From: Chiloscyllium plagiosum
Taxonomy: Eukaryota
Direction of reading: 5' to 3'
Length of the DNA: 64,000 nt
Assembly: GCF_004010195.1 (NCBI RefSeq)
Contig: NC_057718.1
Location: 17,614,028-17,678,027 of the forward strand
The position numbers and the translations under genes were made by a program. The notes beneath the pieces are model-generated. The model worked only from the letters and a program-made list of their open reading frames with translations. It did no database searches and was not told the origin of the DNA. This document shows positions 52,832 through 64,000 of the stretch, one piece after another. Each line of letters opens with the position of its first letter. The first letter of the stretch is position 1.

Positions 52832-53035
52832 GGAGAAAGTGAGGTCTGCAGATGCTGGAGATCAGAGCTGAAAATGTGTTGCTGGAAAAGCGCAGCAGGT
52901 CAGGCAGCATCCAGGGAACAGGAGAATCGACGTTTCGGGCATAAGCCTGAAGAAGGGCTTATGCCCAAAACGTCGATTCTCCTGTTCCCTGGATGCTGCC
53001 TGACCTGCTGCGCTTTTCCAGCAACACATTTTCAG
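52832..53035. mobile_element. Young inverted PLE pLTR insertion (80-bp hairpin)
   Basis: TSD ttctggaactgttta at 52817-52831 and 53036-53050; arms 52868-52947 and 52956-53035 differ at one base; 8-nt loop; hammerhead GAAA mutated to AAAA. Confidence 0.9.
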
Positions 53036-53114
53036 TTCTGGAACTGTTTAACCTAATTTCAGGTTTGTTCAAGATCACTGAGTCTGTCTGTTATTGCATG
53101 ATTCCTGATGCAAT

Positions 53115-54520
53115 TAGAGTCATGGAGATGTACAGCTCGGAAACAGACCCTTCGGTCCAACCCGTCCATACCGACCAGATATTCCAACCCAATCTAACCC
53201 ATTTGCCAGCACCTGGCCCATATCCCTCCAAACCCTTCCTATTCATATACCCATCCAGATGCCTTTTCAATGTTGTATTTGTACCAGTCTCCACCACTTC
53301 CTCTGGCAGCTCATTCCATACACGTACCACTCTCCATGTGAAGAAGTTGCCCCTTAAGTCCCTTTTATATCTTTCCCCTCTCACCCTAAACCTATGCCCT
53401 CTATTTCTGCACTCCCCCAACCCAGGGAAAAGACTTTGTCTATTTATCCTATCCATGCCCCCCATGATTTTATAAACCTCTATAAGGTCACCCCTCAGCC
53501 TTCGACGCTCCAGAGAAAACAGCCCCAGCCTGTTCAGCCTTTGCCTGTAGCTCAAATAAAGGAAAGCATACCAAACGCCTTCTTCACTATTCTATCTACC
53601 TGCGATTCCACTTTCAAGGAGCTATGAACCTGCATTCCAAGGTCTCTTTGTTTAGCAACACTCCATAGGGCCTTACCATTAAGTGTATAAGTCCTGCTAA
53701 GATTTGCTTTCCTAAAATGCAGCACCTCACATTTATCTGAATTAAACTCCGTCTGCCACTCCTTAGCCCACTGGCCCATCTGACCAAGATCCCGTTGTAA
53801 TCTAAGGTAATCTTCGCTATCCACTACTCCTCTAATTTTGGTGTCATCTGCAAACTTGCTTAACTATATATCTTATGCTCACATCCAAACTATTTATATA
53901 AATGACGAAAAGTACAGGACCCAGCACCGATCCTTGTGGCACTCCACTGGTCACAGGCCTCCAGTCTGAAAAACAAGCCTCCACCACCACTCTCTGTCTT
54001 CTGCCTTTGAGCCAGTTCTGTATCCAAATAGCTAGATCTCCATGTACTCCATGAGATCTAACCTTGCTAATCAGTCTCCCATGTGGAACCTTGTCAAACG
54101 CCTTACTGAAGTCCATATAGATCACATCTACTGCTCTGCCCTCATCAATCCTCTTTGGTACTTCTTCAAAAAACTCCATCAAGTTTGTGAGACATGATTT
54201 CCCACGCACAAAGCCATGTTGACTATCCCTAAACAGTCCTTGCTTTTCCAAATATGTGTAAATCCTGTCCCTCAGGATTCCCTCCAACAACTTGCCCACC
54301 ACCAACGTCAGGCTCATTGATCTATTGTTCCCAGGTTTGTCCATACCACCTTTCTTAAACAGTGGCACCACGTTAGCCAATCTCCAGTCTTCCGGCACCT
54401 CACCTGTGACTATCGATGATACAAATATCTCAGCAAGGGGCCCAGCAATCACTTCCCTAGCTTCCCACAGAATTCTAGGGTACACTTGATCAGGTCCTGG
54501 GGATTTATCCACCTTTATGT
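53115..54520 (-). mobile_element. CR1 LINE, 5'-truncated, RT domain with an internal deletion
   Basis: ORFs 53844-54512 (KSPGPD...DFSKAFDKVPH...GVPQGSVLGP), 53552-53824 and 53091-53555. Confidence 0.96.
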
Positions 54521-55059
54521 ATTTGTCTGCACTAATTTTACAGATTGCTTTGTGGACACGAATGGGTTAATTTGTAACATTTCTGGTAGTCAAATAGCTT
54601 ACTGTAAGCTACAAATGAAACACAGTCATGTTCAGAGGTCAAGGAAATTAATAAAAGCATACATTGCCTTGCCTCTTGTTTCCCTAGCTTTTTGTGGGAT
54701 GCTGACCACATGGATTGACTGTCACATTTGACAACACTTACTGCACTCTATAAGGAATTCATCATGTTAAGTGCTTTAAGCTATTTTCACATGAAATGAT
54801 ATTTTACTAATACGAGCTGGAACAATAATATTCATTTGCCTAGGGTGCAGGCGATTTGTCAAATCGACAAACAATGGGCTGAATTAAACTTAAGTTGATT
54901 GAAAGGAACTACCTATACATATGAAACGAAGCAGAAATGGTTTGTTATAACTATTTTTGGCAGAAATACAAAAGAAATAGAGTTCTGAAGATATTTTTAC
55001 ATAAACATTATTGGTTACATTGATGAAGCTAAAACAGATCATCCATGATCTAATTGATT

Positions 55060-55990
55060 GTTATACATTAACGATCTGGAACGAAGGAATTGAGGGCTTT
55101 GTTACTAAGTTTGCAGATGACACAAAGATGGGTGGAGGGACATGTATTGTTGAGGGAGGCTGCAGAAAGATTTGGACAGGCAAGGAGAATTGGTCAAAGT
55201 AGTGGTCAGATGGGATATAACATTGGAAAGTGTGAGATTACGCACTTCGGTCAGAAGAATAGGGGTGTCAACTATTTTCTAAATGTGGAAAGGCTATGGA
55301 AATCTGAAACACCAATGGACTTATAAATCCTAGTTCAAGATTCTCTTAAGGTTATCATGCACGTTTAGTTGGCAGTTTGGAAGGCAAATCCAGTTTTAGC
55401 AAAATTCCGAGAGGGCTAGAGTACAAGAGTAGGGATGTACTGCTGAGGCTGTCTAAGGCTCTGGTCAGACTGCATTTGGAATACTGTGAACAGTTTTGGC
55501 CCTGTATCTAAGGAAGGATGTGCTGACCGTGAAGAGGATCCAGAGGAGGTTTATAAGAATGATCCCAGAGATGAAGAGCTTGTTATATGAGGAGCAGTTG
55601 AGGAATATGGGTCTGTACATAGAAGGATGAGGGCGATCTAATTGAAACTTACAGAATGCTGAAACGCCTGGATTGAGCTGTTTCTGCTAGTAGGATAGAC
55701 TAGGACCTGAGGGCACAGTCACAGAGTGAAGGGATAACTGTTTAGAACTGAGATGAAGAAGAATTTCTTCAGTTGCAGGGTGGTGAATCTGCAGAACACA
55801 TTGCTGCAGAAGGCTATGGAGGTCACATCATTGAGTATCTTTAAGACAGAGATAGATAGATTCTTCATTAGTAAGGGAATCAAAAGTTATGGGTGGAAGG
55901 CAGGAGAATGGAATTGTGGAACATATCAGCCATGATCAAGTGGTGTAGTGGACTTGATGGGTCGAATGGCCAAATTTTGTTTATATATCT
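55060..55990 (+). mobile_element. Decayed CR1 fragment; further old CR1 pieces at ~20000-20280 (+), 23140-23345 (+) and 56680-57330 (-)
   Basis: FVTKFADDTKMGG, KCEITHFG, NFFSCRVVNL. Confidence 0.85.
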
Positions 55991-58900
55991 TACTATCTTG
56001 CAAATGTGGAACAGGCTCAAGGAGCTGTTGAATAGCCTCCCCTCTTGTCCCATCAGTGTATAGTGCCTGTGCTGCTTTCACCTCATGAACTGGGTGTTAA
56101 TAATGGCTCAGTTGATATCATCTTAACCTCTGGACATGCTCCATGTACTAGTCCAAGACTTGACGCTGTTGCTCCCAAGAAAGTGCAGCATTGCTGAAGG
56201 TGTTGTCTTTTAGATGAAATATTAAACCAAGACTCCGTCTGCACACTAAGGTTCAAGAAAACCCCATGGCACTATTTTGAAAAAGACATTTATGGTAATC
56301 CCCGATATCATGGCAAATATCTATCTCTTAGATTAGATTAGATTAGATTACTTTACAATGTGGAAAAAGGCCCTTCAGCCCAACAAGTCCGCACCGACCC
56401 GCCGAAGCGCAACCCCTTAATCAACATCACAAAATTGACGACTGTCTGTCATATTCACATTGATATGTGTGGAAGTTTGCTGCACTACCAACAGTGCAAC
56501 ATTTCAAATTCTATAAAGTCCTTTGGGATCTGTTGAGGTTATGATAACTGCTATATAAATGTAGGTCTTTGCTTCTGAGCTGTGCATTCCTTCTGCACTC
56601 AGAGACCTCACTGATGAGAACCAAACTTCTCACTTGATGAGAAATTCATAAGTTTTGCTCAATTTCCAGAGGGTTTATGAACATACAAACAAGCATAGAC
56701 CTTTTGGGCCTTCAAATTTGTTCCATCTTTCATCAAGATCACGGATTGTAATCTCAACTGTACATTCCTGTGTACCCTGATAACCTCTCAGGCCCTTGGT
56801 GACCAAGAATTGATCCATCGCTGCCTTGAAAATATTTAAAGATCCTGCATCCGCTGTCTTTTAAGGAAGGGAATTCCAAAGATCCAGAAGGAAAAAAATG
56901 TTTCCTCATCTCCGTTTTAAATGGGCAGCTCCTCATTTTTTAACTATGACCATTCACTCTAGATTCTTCCACAAGAGAAAACATCTTTCAAGATCCACCC
57001 AGTCAAGTGCCCCCATTGAAACATACAACGTAAGTAACATATGTTTCTATTAGGTCTTTTCCGAACTCCAGAGGATACAGGCCTTGCCTGTCTTGCCTTT
57101 CCTCATTAGGCAATCTGCTCATTCCAGGCACTGGTGTAGTAAAGCTTCTCTGAACCACTTCCAATGCATTAACATCCCTCTGTAAGTACAGTGAGCAGTA
57201 CTATATAGATTTCTCCAGTATGGCCTGTATAAATGAAGCATAACCTCAATACTCTTGAATTCAATTCCCCTCACAATAAAATCTGAATTCTGTTAGCTTT
57301 CCTGATTTCTTGCTTTACTTGCATACTAACCTTTTCGTTCAAGTATTCAACGCTACCCCATGTAAGGATGTCTTGTGGTGCAGTGTTGTGACACTGTCTC
57401 TGAGCGCAAAGCTTCGGGTGTGCATCTTATCCTAGAACTTAAACACATGCATCAACATGTTCAAGAATAGCTTCTTCCCTGCTGTCATTAGACCTCTGAA
57501 TGGACCTCTCAAATTGCAAATCTAATGTTGATCTTGCTTTTCGGGTACTGTCTTTGCAGCCGTAACTTTGTATTCCGCGCTCTGTTCAATCACCCTATGA
57601 TCTTTGCAGGTTATAATCTGCCTGTACTGCACGTAAAACAAAACCTTTCACTGTACTTAGGTACATGTTAAAATGATAAATCAAATCAAATCAAGGAAGG
57701 TGCATTCGTAATGTGGCCAAAAAGGTTGCGTGTCAATCTCTCAAACCTTTCAAGGACGCCATGGTGAAAGTGGAAGAGATTCTTGGTCAGTCACACGATG
57801 GAAAGAACATCATAGGGTCTCTAACATTGATACCTATAACACCAGATTAGAACAGACACATGAGAACAGCATGTTGCTACAGCAACTCAAACCTCCTGGG
57901 ACAGTGAACAGTCAAACACCAGCAGCTACACCAGACAACCCCATGGCACTGCAGTGGTGTGAAGTTTAATAAAAGTACACTCAGAATATGCAGATGGGGC
58001 TAGGCTGCTGTGCAAATAAACAAAGGAAAAGAGAGGGAGTGGGGGAATGAAAAAAACCCACAAGTGGCTGAGACATTATGAGTCTTTTGGAATCGTTTCA
58101 AGCCCTGTGAGAGTGATGCGAATTCAAGTCAAATCTGATTTAAAAATTAACTGGACTTTATTCCACTTAGCCAAACAAATTGATTGAATTGTCCTGATCC
58201 TTTCTTTTTTATGACTGCACTGTGGGTAAACCTGCCAAAACCTCAGAGCAAAGAGCATATTTCACATTTCAAGCTGAACTGAATGGCCATTTACTGTGGA
58301 AGGAATGTCTCCTGGACAGAAACTCATGGGGGCCAAAGTGTCAAAGGTGACAGGCGCAGCCCATTCATCACTAACCAACTACGGTTAGGCAGGAGCATTG
58401 CGGTTTCAGCATGAGATTAACAAAGAATTTTACAAAACAAAGTGACTGCTGGTGCACCTGGTTACAGTCAAAAAATGCCATTTAGTTAGTCTGCAGCGGG
58501 TCAATGATGGATTGTTTGAAAATGCTGACTTTTATTCACACGCAAGGCTTCCATCGTGGTTTAAGATGGTAATTGACTGGTTTCAGTCACTATCCAGCAG
58601 ACTCATCATTGTGAGAGAATGATACTGGGTTAAACTCGGAATCCCAAAGCTGCACTGGTTTTAAATAGACCCACCCTTGAGGTAAATTCCATTGTTATAC
58701 TGAATGGGACACTTGGCAGTTTTATGTAGGTGAGGTCTAATGAGGTTTCAGTCAGAGAATGTTACTTGTGATGCTGTTCAGCAGCGGTTCATGAGACACA
58801 ATGAAAGAACTCTGATTAATCCACCCACTTGGAATCATACAGAGGAGCAGGTGAGAGGAAGAGAGAACTTTCACATCAGAAACTACCACTGCTAATGTAA

Positions 58901-59004
58901 TATGGGGAAAAGCAACAGTTAATTTCTGTGCAGCAATGGAATAATCTGCTCTAGTGATGTTTATTGAAGGATCAATTGTGGTCATGTTACTGGAAAGTAT
59001 AAAT

Positions 59005-59245
59005 AGAAGCAAATTATTGCAGACTGGAGTTTGGAAATTAAAAAACAGCAAGTGCTGGAGAAACTCAGCAGGTATGGCAGCATCTGTGGAGAGAGAAACA
59101 GAGTTAATGTTTTGACTCCAGTTATGACTGAGGAGTTCCGATGAAGAGCCATAGCAGACACAAACTGGTAACTCTGTTTCTCTCTCTTTCCACAGACGCT
59201 GCCAGACCTGCTGCTGAATTCCTCCGGTATTTTCTGTTTTAATTA
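59005..59245. mobile_element. Old inverted pLTR-like insertion; related single fragments at ~1160-1250, 6330-6400, 37190-37295, 48826-48970 and 59365-59480
   Basis: Shared motif ctctccacagatgctgccagacctgctgag; decayed CTGA..GA/GAAA cores (e.g. 48836-48866). Confidence 0.6.
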
Positions 59246-59990
59246 CTGGGTCATCTTTGAAAGGTGCCATTTAATATTTCCTCTCCACCTAAGAGGCTAA
59301 ATGCAACCTTGGTTTTAATATCTCATCCAAAAGAGTAGATCCTGCCCAACGGAAAAAATAATCATTTTGATTAAAGTTCATCAACATGATAAATTAGTTC
59401 TGTTTCTCTCTGCACAGAAGCTGCCTGATCAGCTGAGAATTTCCAGTTTTTACTGCAGCATTTCAACATGTGCAGTACTGTACTTCTGTGTTTGGACTGG
59501 GCAGAACCGAAGATGCAACAAGTAATGCACTGGCGTTTGCATTGAATTGTCTGATAGGATGGAACAGATGCTACTCACTTCCTGGCTTCTGCTGTTTCTA
59601 TTTCTTAAAAATGGCTCAATGGGGGCAGTATGTACACTCCACTAGGACAAAAGTGAAATCTGATCAGTCAGCCACTGAGGAAGAGGCTATTCTGTAGGTC
59701 TTTGAGTGAATCCAGTCCCCCAATAGGTGGCACTGTTTCACACTTAGCACTAACATCCTAACTCTCAGATAGGCCCAATTTTAACTTATAGGCAGTTAAA
59801 ATTAGACCCATGCTTAAATCCACTTCGAGTGGGGGCCAATTGATCCTGTTGTCAACTGACTTTTGAGGACTTTGCAGGCGACCTTCAGAATTCTAAATAA
59901 AGGATTCTCTAGGTTCAATTAAGAATGTGCTTCAGAAGCCCTTATTATCTAAAATGGTCATTGTTGATAATGAATTAACTTAGCTTTTAT

Positions 59991-60202
59991 TGTGACTGCA
60001 ACCAGAGCTAAGTGGATCACATTGAGCATGAGATCCTTCATTGGGGCTGTTAATTGGGGCCAATCAGGGAGCCCTGGCTGACAGATACAGACAGAAGATT
60101 CAGAAGATCTCCTCAGTCTAGGGACCAGATCTGAGCTGCCTGGTCAGAGCACATGTAAATAAAGGGTGACTTGGTGACAGGATACCAAGTGCAGTTATTT
60201 CA
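59991..60202 (+). mobile_element. Short solo LTR (Gypsy/BEL-like)
   Basis: TG...CA ends, CCAAT and AATAAA inside, near 5-bp TSD tttat/gttat; related copy at 61464. Confidence 0.65.
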
Positions 60203-61463
60203 GTTATACAGACCATTCTGCAAAAGCAGAAATGTCACTCAGACATGTGGCTTATTTACAATTTGATAATTCGTTTCCTCCCTTGGGTTAAGGCCAATAG
60301 CCAAGTTACTAATAATTGCTTTTACTGGGGGAGGAATGTCCGTGCTCCTACACACACATCAACTGGGCAGTATGTTTACAAAAAAATAAAAGGCATTAGA
60401 AATTTTACATTGACAACTTAAGAACAGCATTGAAAGAGACCAGAGGACTGAGTCTTAATAAGTCTCTTGGCTGTAGAATAGTGTGGAGCTTGTTCAGAGA
60501 AAGGGAGGGTTGTAAAATATAAATAAAACTGCAGGCAGGAGAGTGGAAAGAAACGCCATCTGAAACTCTTGCACAACTTTCCATTTCATCCCTGGAAAAC
60601 ATTCCATCAGCTTTCCTGCCTCTCATGTGTAACATTCTTTCCATTTCTTCAGATATCGGAGTATTTACCACACCACTCTAATCGGGCTGCAGTATCCCAG
60701 GTATCTGAAATTCTTTGGCAAGAGCTCCTCTCATTGTGCAAAGGCCTCTCTCAGCCTTGATTGTTTTCAGTCAGCGGATGGTTCCAGTTCAAGGTCAAAG
60801 GCAGTCTGGGCTGCTCGCAGTTGCCATGGAAACTTAAAGCAGGTGTTGAGCTTGAAGCATATACTGGGGAGAGGGGGGAGAGTGGGGTTTGATGTTGAGG
60901 CTAGAAAATGGAGAAGCAGTTGCTACCCACCAGCACCCCCACCCCATCTGAAAAAAGCCATTGTTCTGCATTGTCCAAATAACTCCAGGCCAGAGCCTGG
61001 GTTTCACAGTGTCGAATAATCCTCTGCAGTGCATCTGCAGCAGCTGTGAGTTGCGATGGGGACTCAGTCAGGGTTCAGCTTATTTCAGCCATTAATCATC
61101 TGGCAGACACAGTCTATCGTAGCCAGAGGTGACACTGGGCATGTTTTATATCACTGAACTTTGAAAATGAGAAGTAATATGAGATACAGACCCTTGAGGC
61201 GTCAAGTTGGTAGGTGCAGCATGGGCGGGGGGAGAAACTATGTGCCAAAGAGAGATTGAGTGGTTAAAAATGGCAATAGTCAATATGTGTTCACGTCGAT
61301 ATTTTCAAAGGATTAATTCCTCATGTATTAATTTGACTCCTGTTCTTCTGTGCATGTTAAAAATGGCCCAGCAGTCTATGTCCAGCTTGTGTGTTATCAA
61401 CCGATAGCATCACACTTGATCAACCGCGCACAATATAAGTCATTGGTTCCCCCCGATCCCCTC

Positions 61464-61691
61464 TGAAATCACTGCACAGAGGCTAGTATCCAGTCACCAA
61501 GTCACCCTTTATTTACATGTGCACAGTTACTTGGTCTCTGACTAGCCAACTCAGAGCTAGTCCCTAGAATGAAGAGACTCTCTGAATCTCCTGTTTATAT
61601 CTGTCAGCCAGGGCTCCCTGCTTGGCCTAGGTTAACCACCCTAACCAGGGATCTCATAGTCAATAAGATCCACCTGGTTCCAATCACCACA
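61464..61691 (-). mobile_element. Short solo LTR, same family, opposite orientation
   Basis: TG...CA ends, near 5-bp TSD ccctc/cgctc; shares cagggagccctggctgacagata and cacatgtaaataaagggtgacttggtgac. Confidence 0.7.
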
Positions 61692-62869
61692 CGCTCCATC
61701 CTGGATTAAAACTGATAAATCAGAAACTGCAATGTATGCAAACAGTCAGTCAAGAGAAATGGGGGAACAAATGGGAGAGGATCCATTCAGCAGCTACAAC
61801 AAAACTAGTCTCCCACTGAGCTTCCATTTCACCCATGTTTCATCTGTGCTGTGGCAAGACGGGAGGAGGACAGGAAAACTGTGACAGAGGGTGTGGAAAG
61901 GAAAAGAGGGATATTCAAAAACTGCCCTCTGAGTCTTTCCATCATATTTTACATTGCAAACAATTTGAGTACCCCCAAGGGTTAACAAACAATACACTCA
62001 GATAAGCAACAGCCTTCGCTCATTTTCATGCCACTGAAGGTACAAAGCCTTTAAATGGTGGCTCTCCTGCTACCATACTGGTGAGGAAAGTTGGTGCCCT
62101 GGACTGCGTCAATGTGAATCTGGAGGCCAAATGACCCTGCCAATATGCACATGCGTGGTGCCTGTCTGTTCAATGATCTGCTTCACCACGTGTCCCAATC
62201 TCCAATGCTGCACTCTGTTTGCCACCCGAGACACCTCCCTCACCTCGGTTCCTCGTTCCCAGGGATGGTAAACAGTGAAGCAGCAATGTAAGGCACCCTC
62301 TGAGATACATATCAAGAGCAAATGCATAAATAAACATATGAACTAGATAAATGAAGCTGGTGAACTATAACCACCAGTAGCATCATGGCATAATAGTGAA
62401 GATAACAGGGACACAGTGAATGTAAGGGAGCAAATGGGAACATAATAGCCCTGGCTGTAATACATTAAGAAAGATAGACAGGGAGGTATAGCAGTATTGA
62501 TCTGAGATACTGTTGCAGTACTAGAAAAGAATGGTACACATAATTTTGTTAAAGCTGAGAAATGATACAGTCACTACTATACCGTGAGTATATAACACAA
62601 ACCACCAAATAATGGGAAGGAGCAAATTTCCAGAAAAATTTTGAAAAGATGCAAACATTTAAGAGTTGCGTGATAAGAGTAGACTTCAACTATCCTGTAT
62701 GGACAGCAGTTCAAATGAACGGGGAGGAACTCCTGTAATATTTAGAAGGAAACATTCCCAATCAATATGTTTCTTGCCCAGCGAGGAAGGAAGCAGTGCT
62801 GGGTCTAGTTTTGGGGAATTAAGAGGGGCACGTGAAGATTAAGGATTCTGGGTAATCCAAGATGGAGGA

Positions 62870-64000
62870 TGGGAAAAATTTCTGGTTGTAACAGCTGCTC
62901 CTTTATTCAGGTATTTTATGTGCTGGAGGTGATTTCCTCGAATTCCAGGAGCAGCAATTACTGTTTTATATGCTGTTGCTTTGTTTTGATATGTTCGGAA
63001 AAAATAGTCAGAACGACAGCAGTTTTAAAAGTGAGAAGCGTACACAAAGGAAGCACATGGTGAGGTCAGTGCAGGAGAGAAAGAAACTGACACTGAAGTG
63101 TACCTACACAGTTAGTGCCTTTGCTGTTTGAATTCATGTATTGCTGGACATCGGAGTGTGTCTGAGAATATTAACAAACAGTGAAATTCACAACTGAACT
63201 TGGAGGAACTGTTTGGGTGAAGTTCACAGCACAGAAGCAGATGAGTGTATTGTTGTTTTAAGTGTGACCTACAGAAAGTCTGCAATATTGAGTAGAGTGG
63301 GTTCTTTCTTGATTATATATTTTTGGAGATATGTCTCTTGATTAAACTTAAAATATAAGCCATAACTATTAATTTAACCTGGGGCAGTTATTAAAGAGAA
63401 ATAAGATGGTGTTATTTTCTGGGTCTGTAGATTGTGAAGAAGCAAAATTAACCTTTAGTAGAGTGAAATGTGCTTCTTGTCAGATGAATTTAAAGATATT
63501 TTAAGGATTATTGTGGATTACATCTGCCATAAATGCTGTTGGTCCTGAATCTTATCAGATCGAATGAATCGTTTGGAGAGACAGTTAGAAGCAATGAGGA
63601 ATTTGCAACAGCAACAGTATGTGATGGATGGCAGTTATAGGAAGGGGGGAAATGTCTCAGATACAGTCGCATAGATGGGTTAACTCCAGGAAAGGTAAGA
63701 CAGGTAGGCAGCTAGTGTAGGAGTCTTTTGTAGCTATACCCATTTCAAACAAGGGGGGGTGGGGCAATAGATTCTTAGGGGAACGTAGCACGAACAGCCA
63801 AGTTTCTGGTATTGAGACTGGCTCTAATGCAATGAGGAGTACATCAGCTTCCAGGAGATCAATTGTGTTTGGGGACTCTCTTGTCCGAGGTACAGACAGA
63901 CGTTTCTGTGGCCAGCAGCGAAAAATCAGAATGGTGTGTTGCTTCCCTGGTGCCAGGATCAAGATGTCTCAGAGAGGGTGCAGAATGTTCTCACGGGGGA
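62870..64000 (+). mobile_element. CR1 5' region with degenerate ORF1 (Zn-finger/coiled coil plus SGNH esterase); decayed endonuclease-like piece at ~62330-62860
   Basis: Manual translation ..CASCQM..YICHKC..RLERQLEAMRNL.. and SIVFGDSLVRGTDRRFCGQQRKIRMVCCFPGARIK (GDSL motif); runs off the window edge. Confidence 0.85.

Noticed and set aside
52868..53035. pre-miRNA or DNA-transposon MITE
   Set aside because: The arms are asymmetric, the TSD is 15 bp and the sequence belongs to a hammerhead-bearing pLTR family
56608..56650. CTGATGA followed by a small hairpin as another hammerhead
   Set aside because: No GAAA after the stem and no stem III or cleavage triplet
52000..64000. Further upstream CRIM1 exon (second VWFC domain)
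   Set aside because: No CCPVC-type exon seen by eye; it probably lies beyond the window
1..64000. CRISPR arrays or prokaryotic systems
   Set aside because: Spliced vertebrate gene with LINE/SINE content; no repeat-spacer array seen

Overview
Vertebrate genomic DNA. The SINE/LINE families look elasmobranch, probably a carpet or bamboo shark; this is inferred from recalled repeat sequences, not a database search. The window holds the 3' half of CRIM1 (cysteine-rich transmembrane BMP regulator 1) on the minus strand: ten GT-AG coding exons from 51997 down to the stop at 12479, totalling 1745 nt with mutually consistent phases. They encode 4 antistasin-like repeats, 4 VWFC repeats, the transmembrane helix and the cytoplasmic tail (probably exons 8-17). 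A 3'UTR follows, apparently split into two AT-rich, miRNA-site-bearing blocks by about 3 kb of repeat-rich DNA. Introns contain CR1, L2 and Rex/Babar-like LINE fragments, two tRNA-derived SINE families, two solo LTRs and one 533-N gap. The most notable features are: (1) many Penelope-like (PLE) terminal fragments carrying minimal hammerhead ribozyme cores; (2) several of these are hairpin insertions with ~15-bp target-site duplications and junction microhomology, suggesting a double-priming mechanism; (3) an intact sense-strand hammerhead core between the two candidate poly(A) signals; (4) an inverted CR1 pair bracketing eight exons that would form an in-frame, stop-free 1380-nt circRNA.
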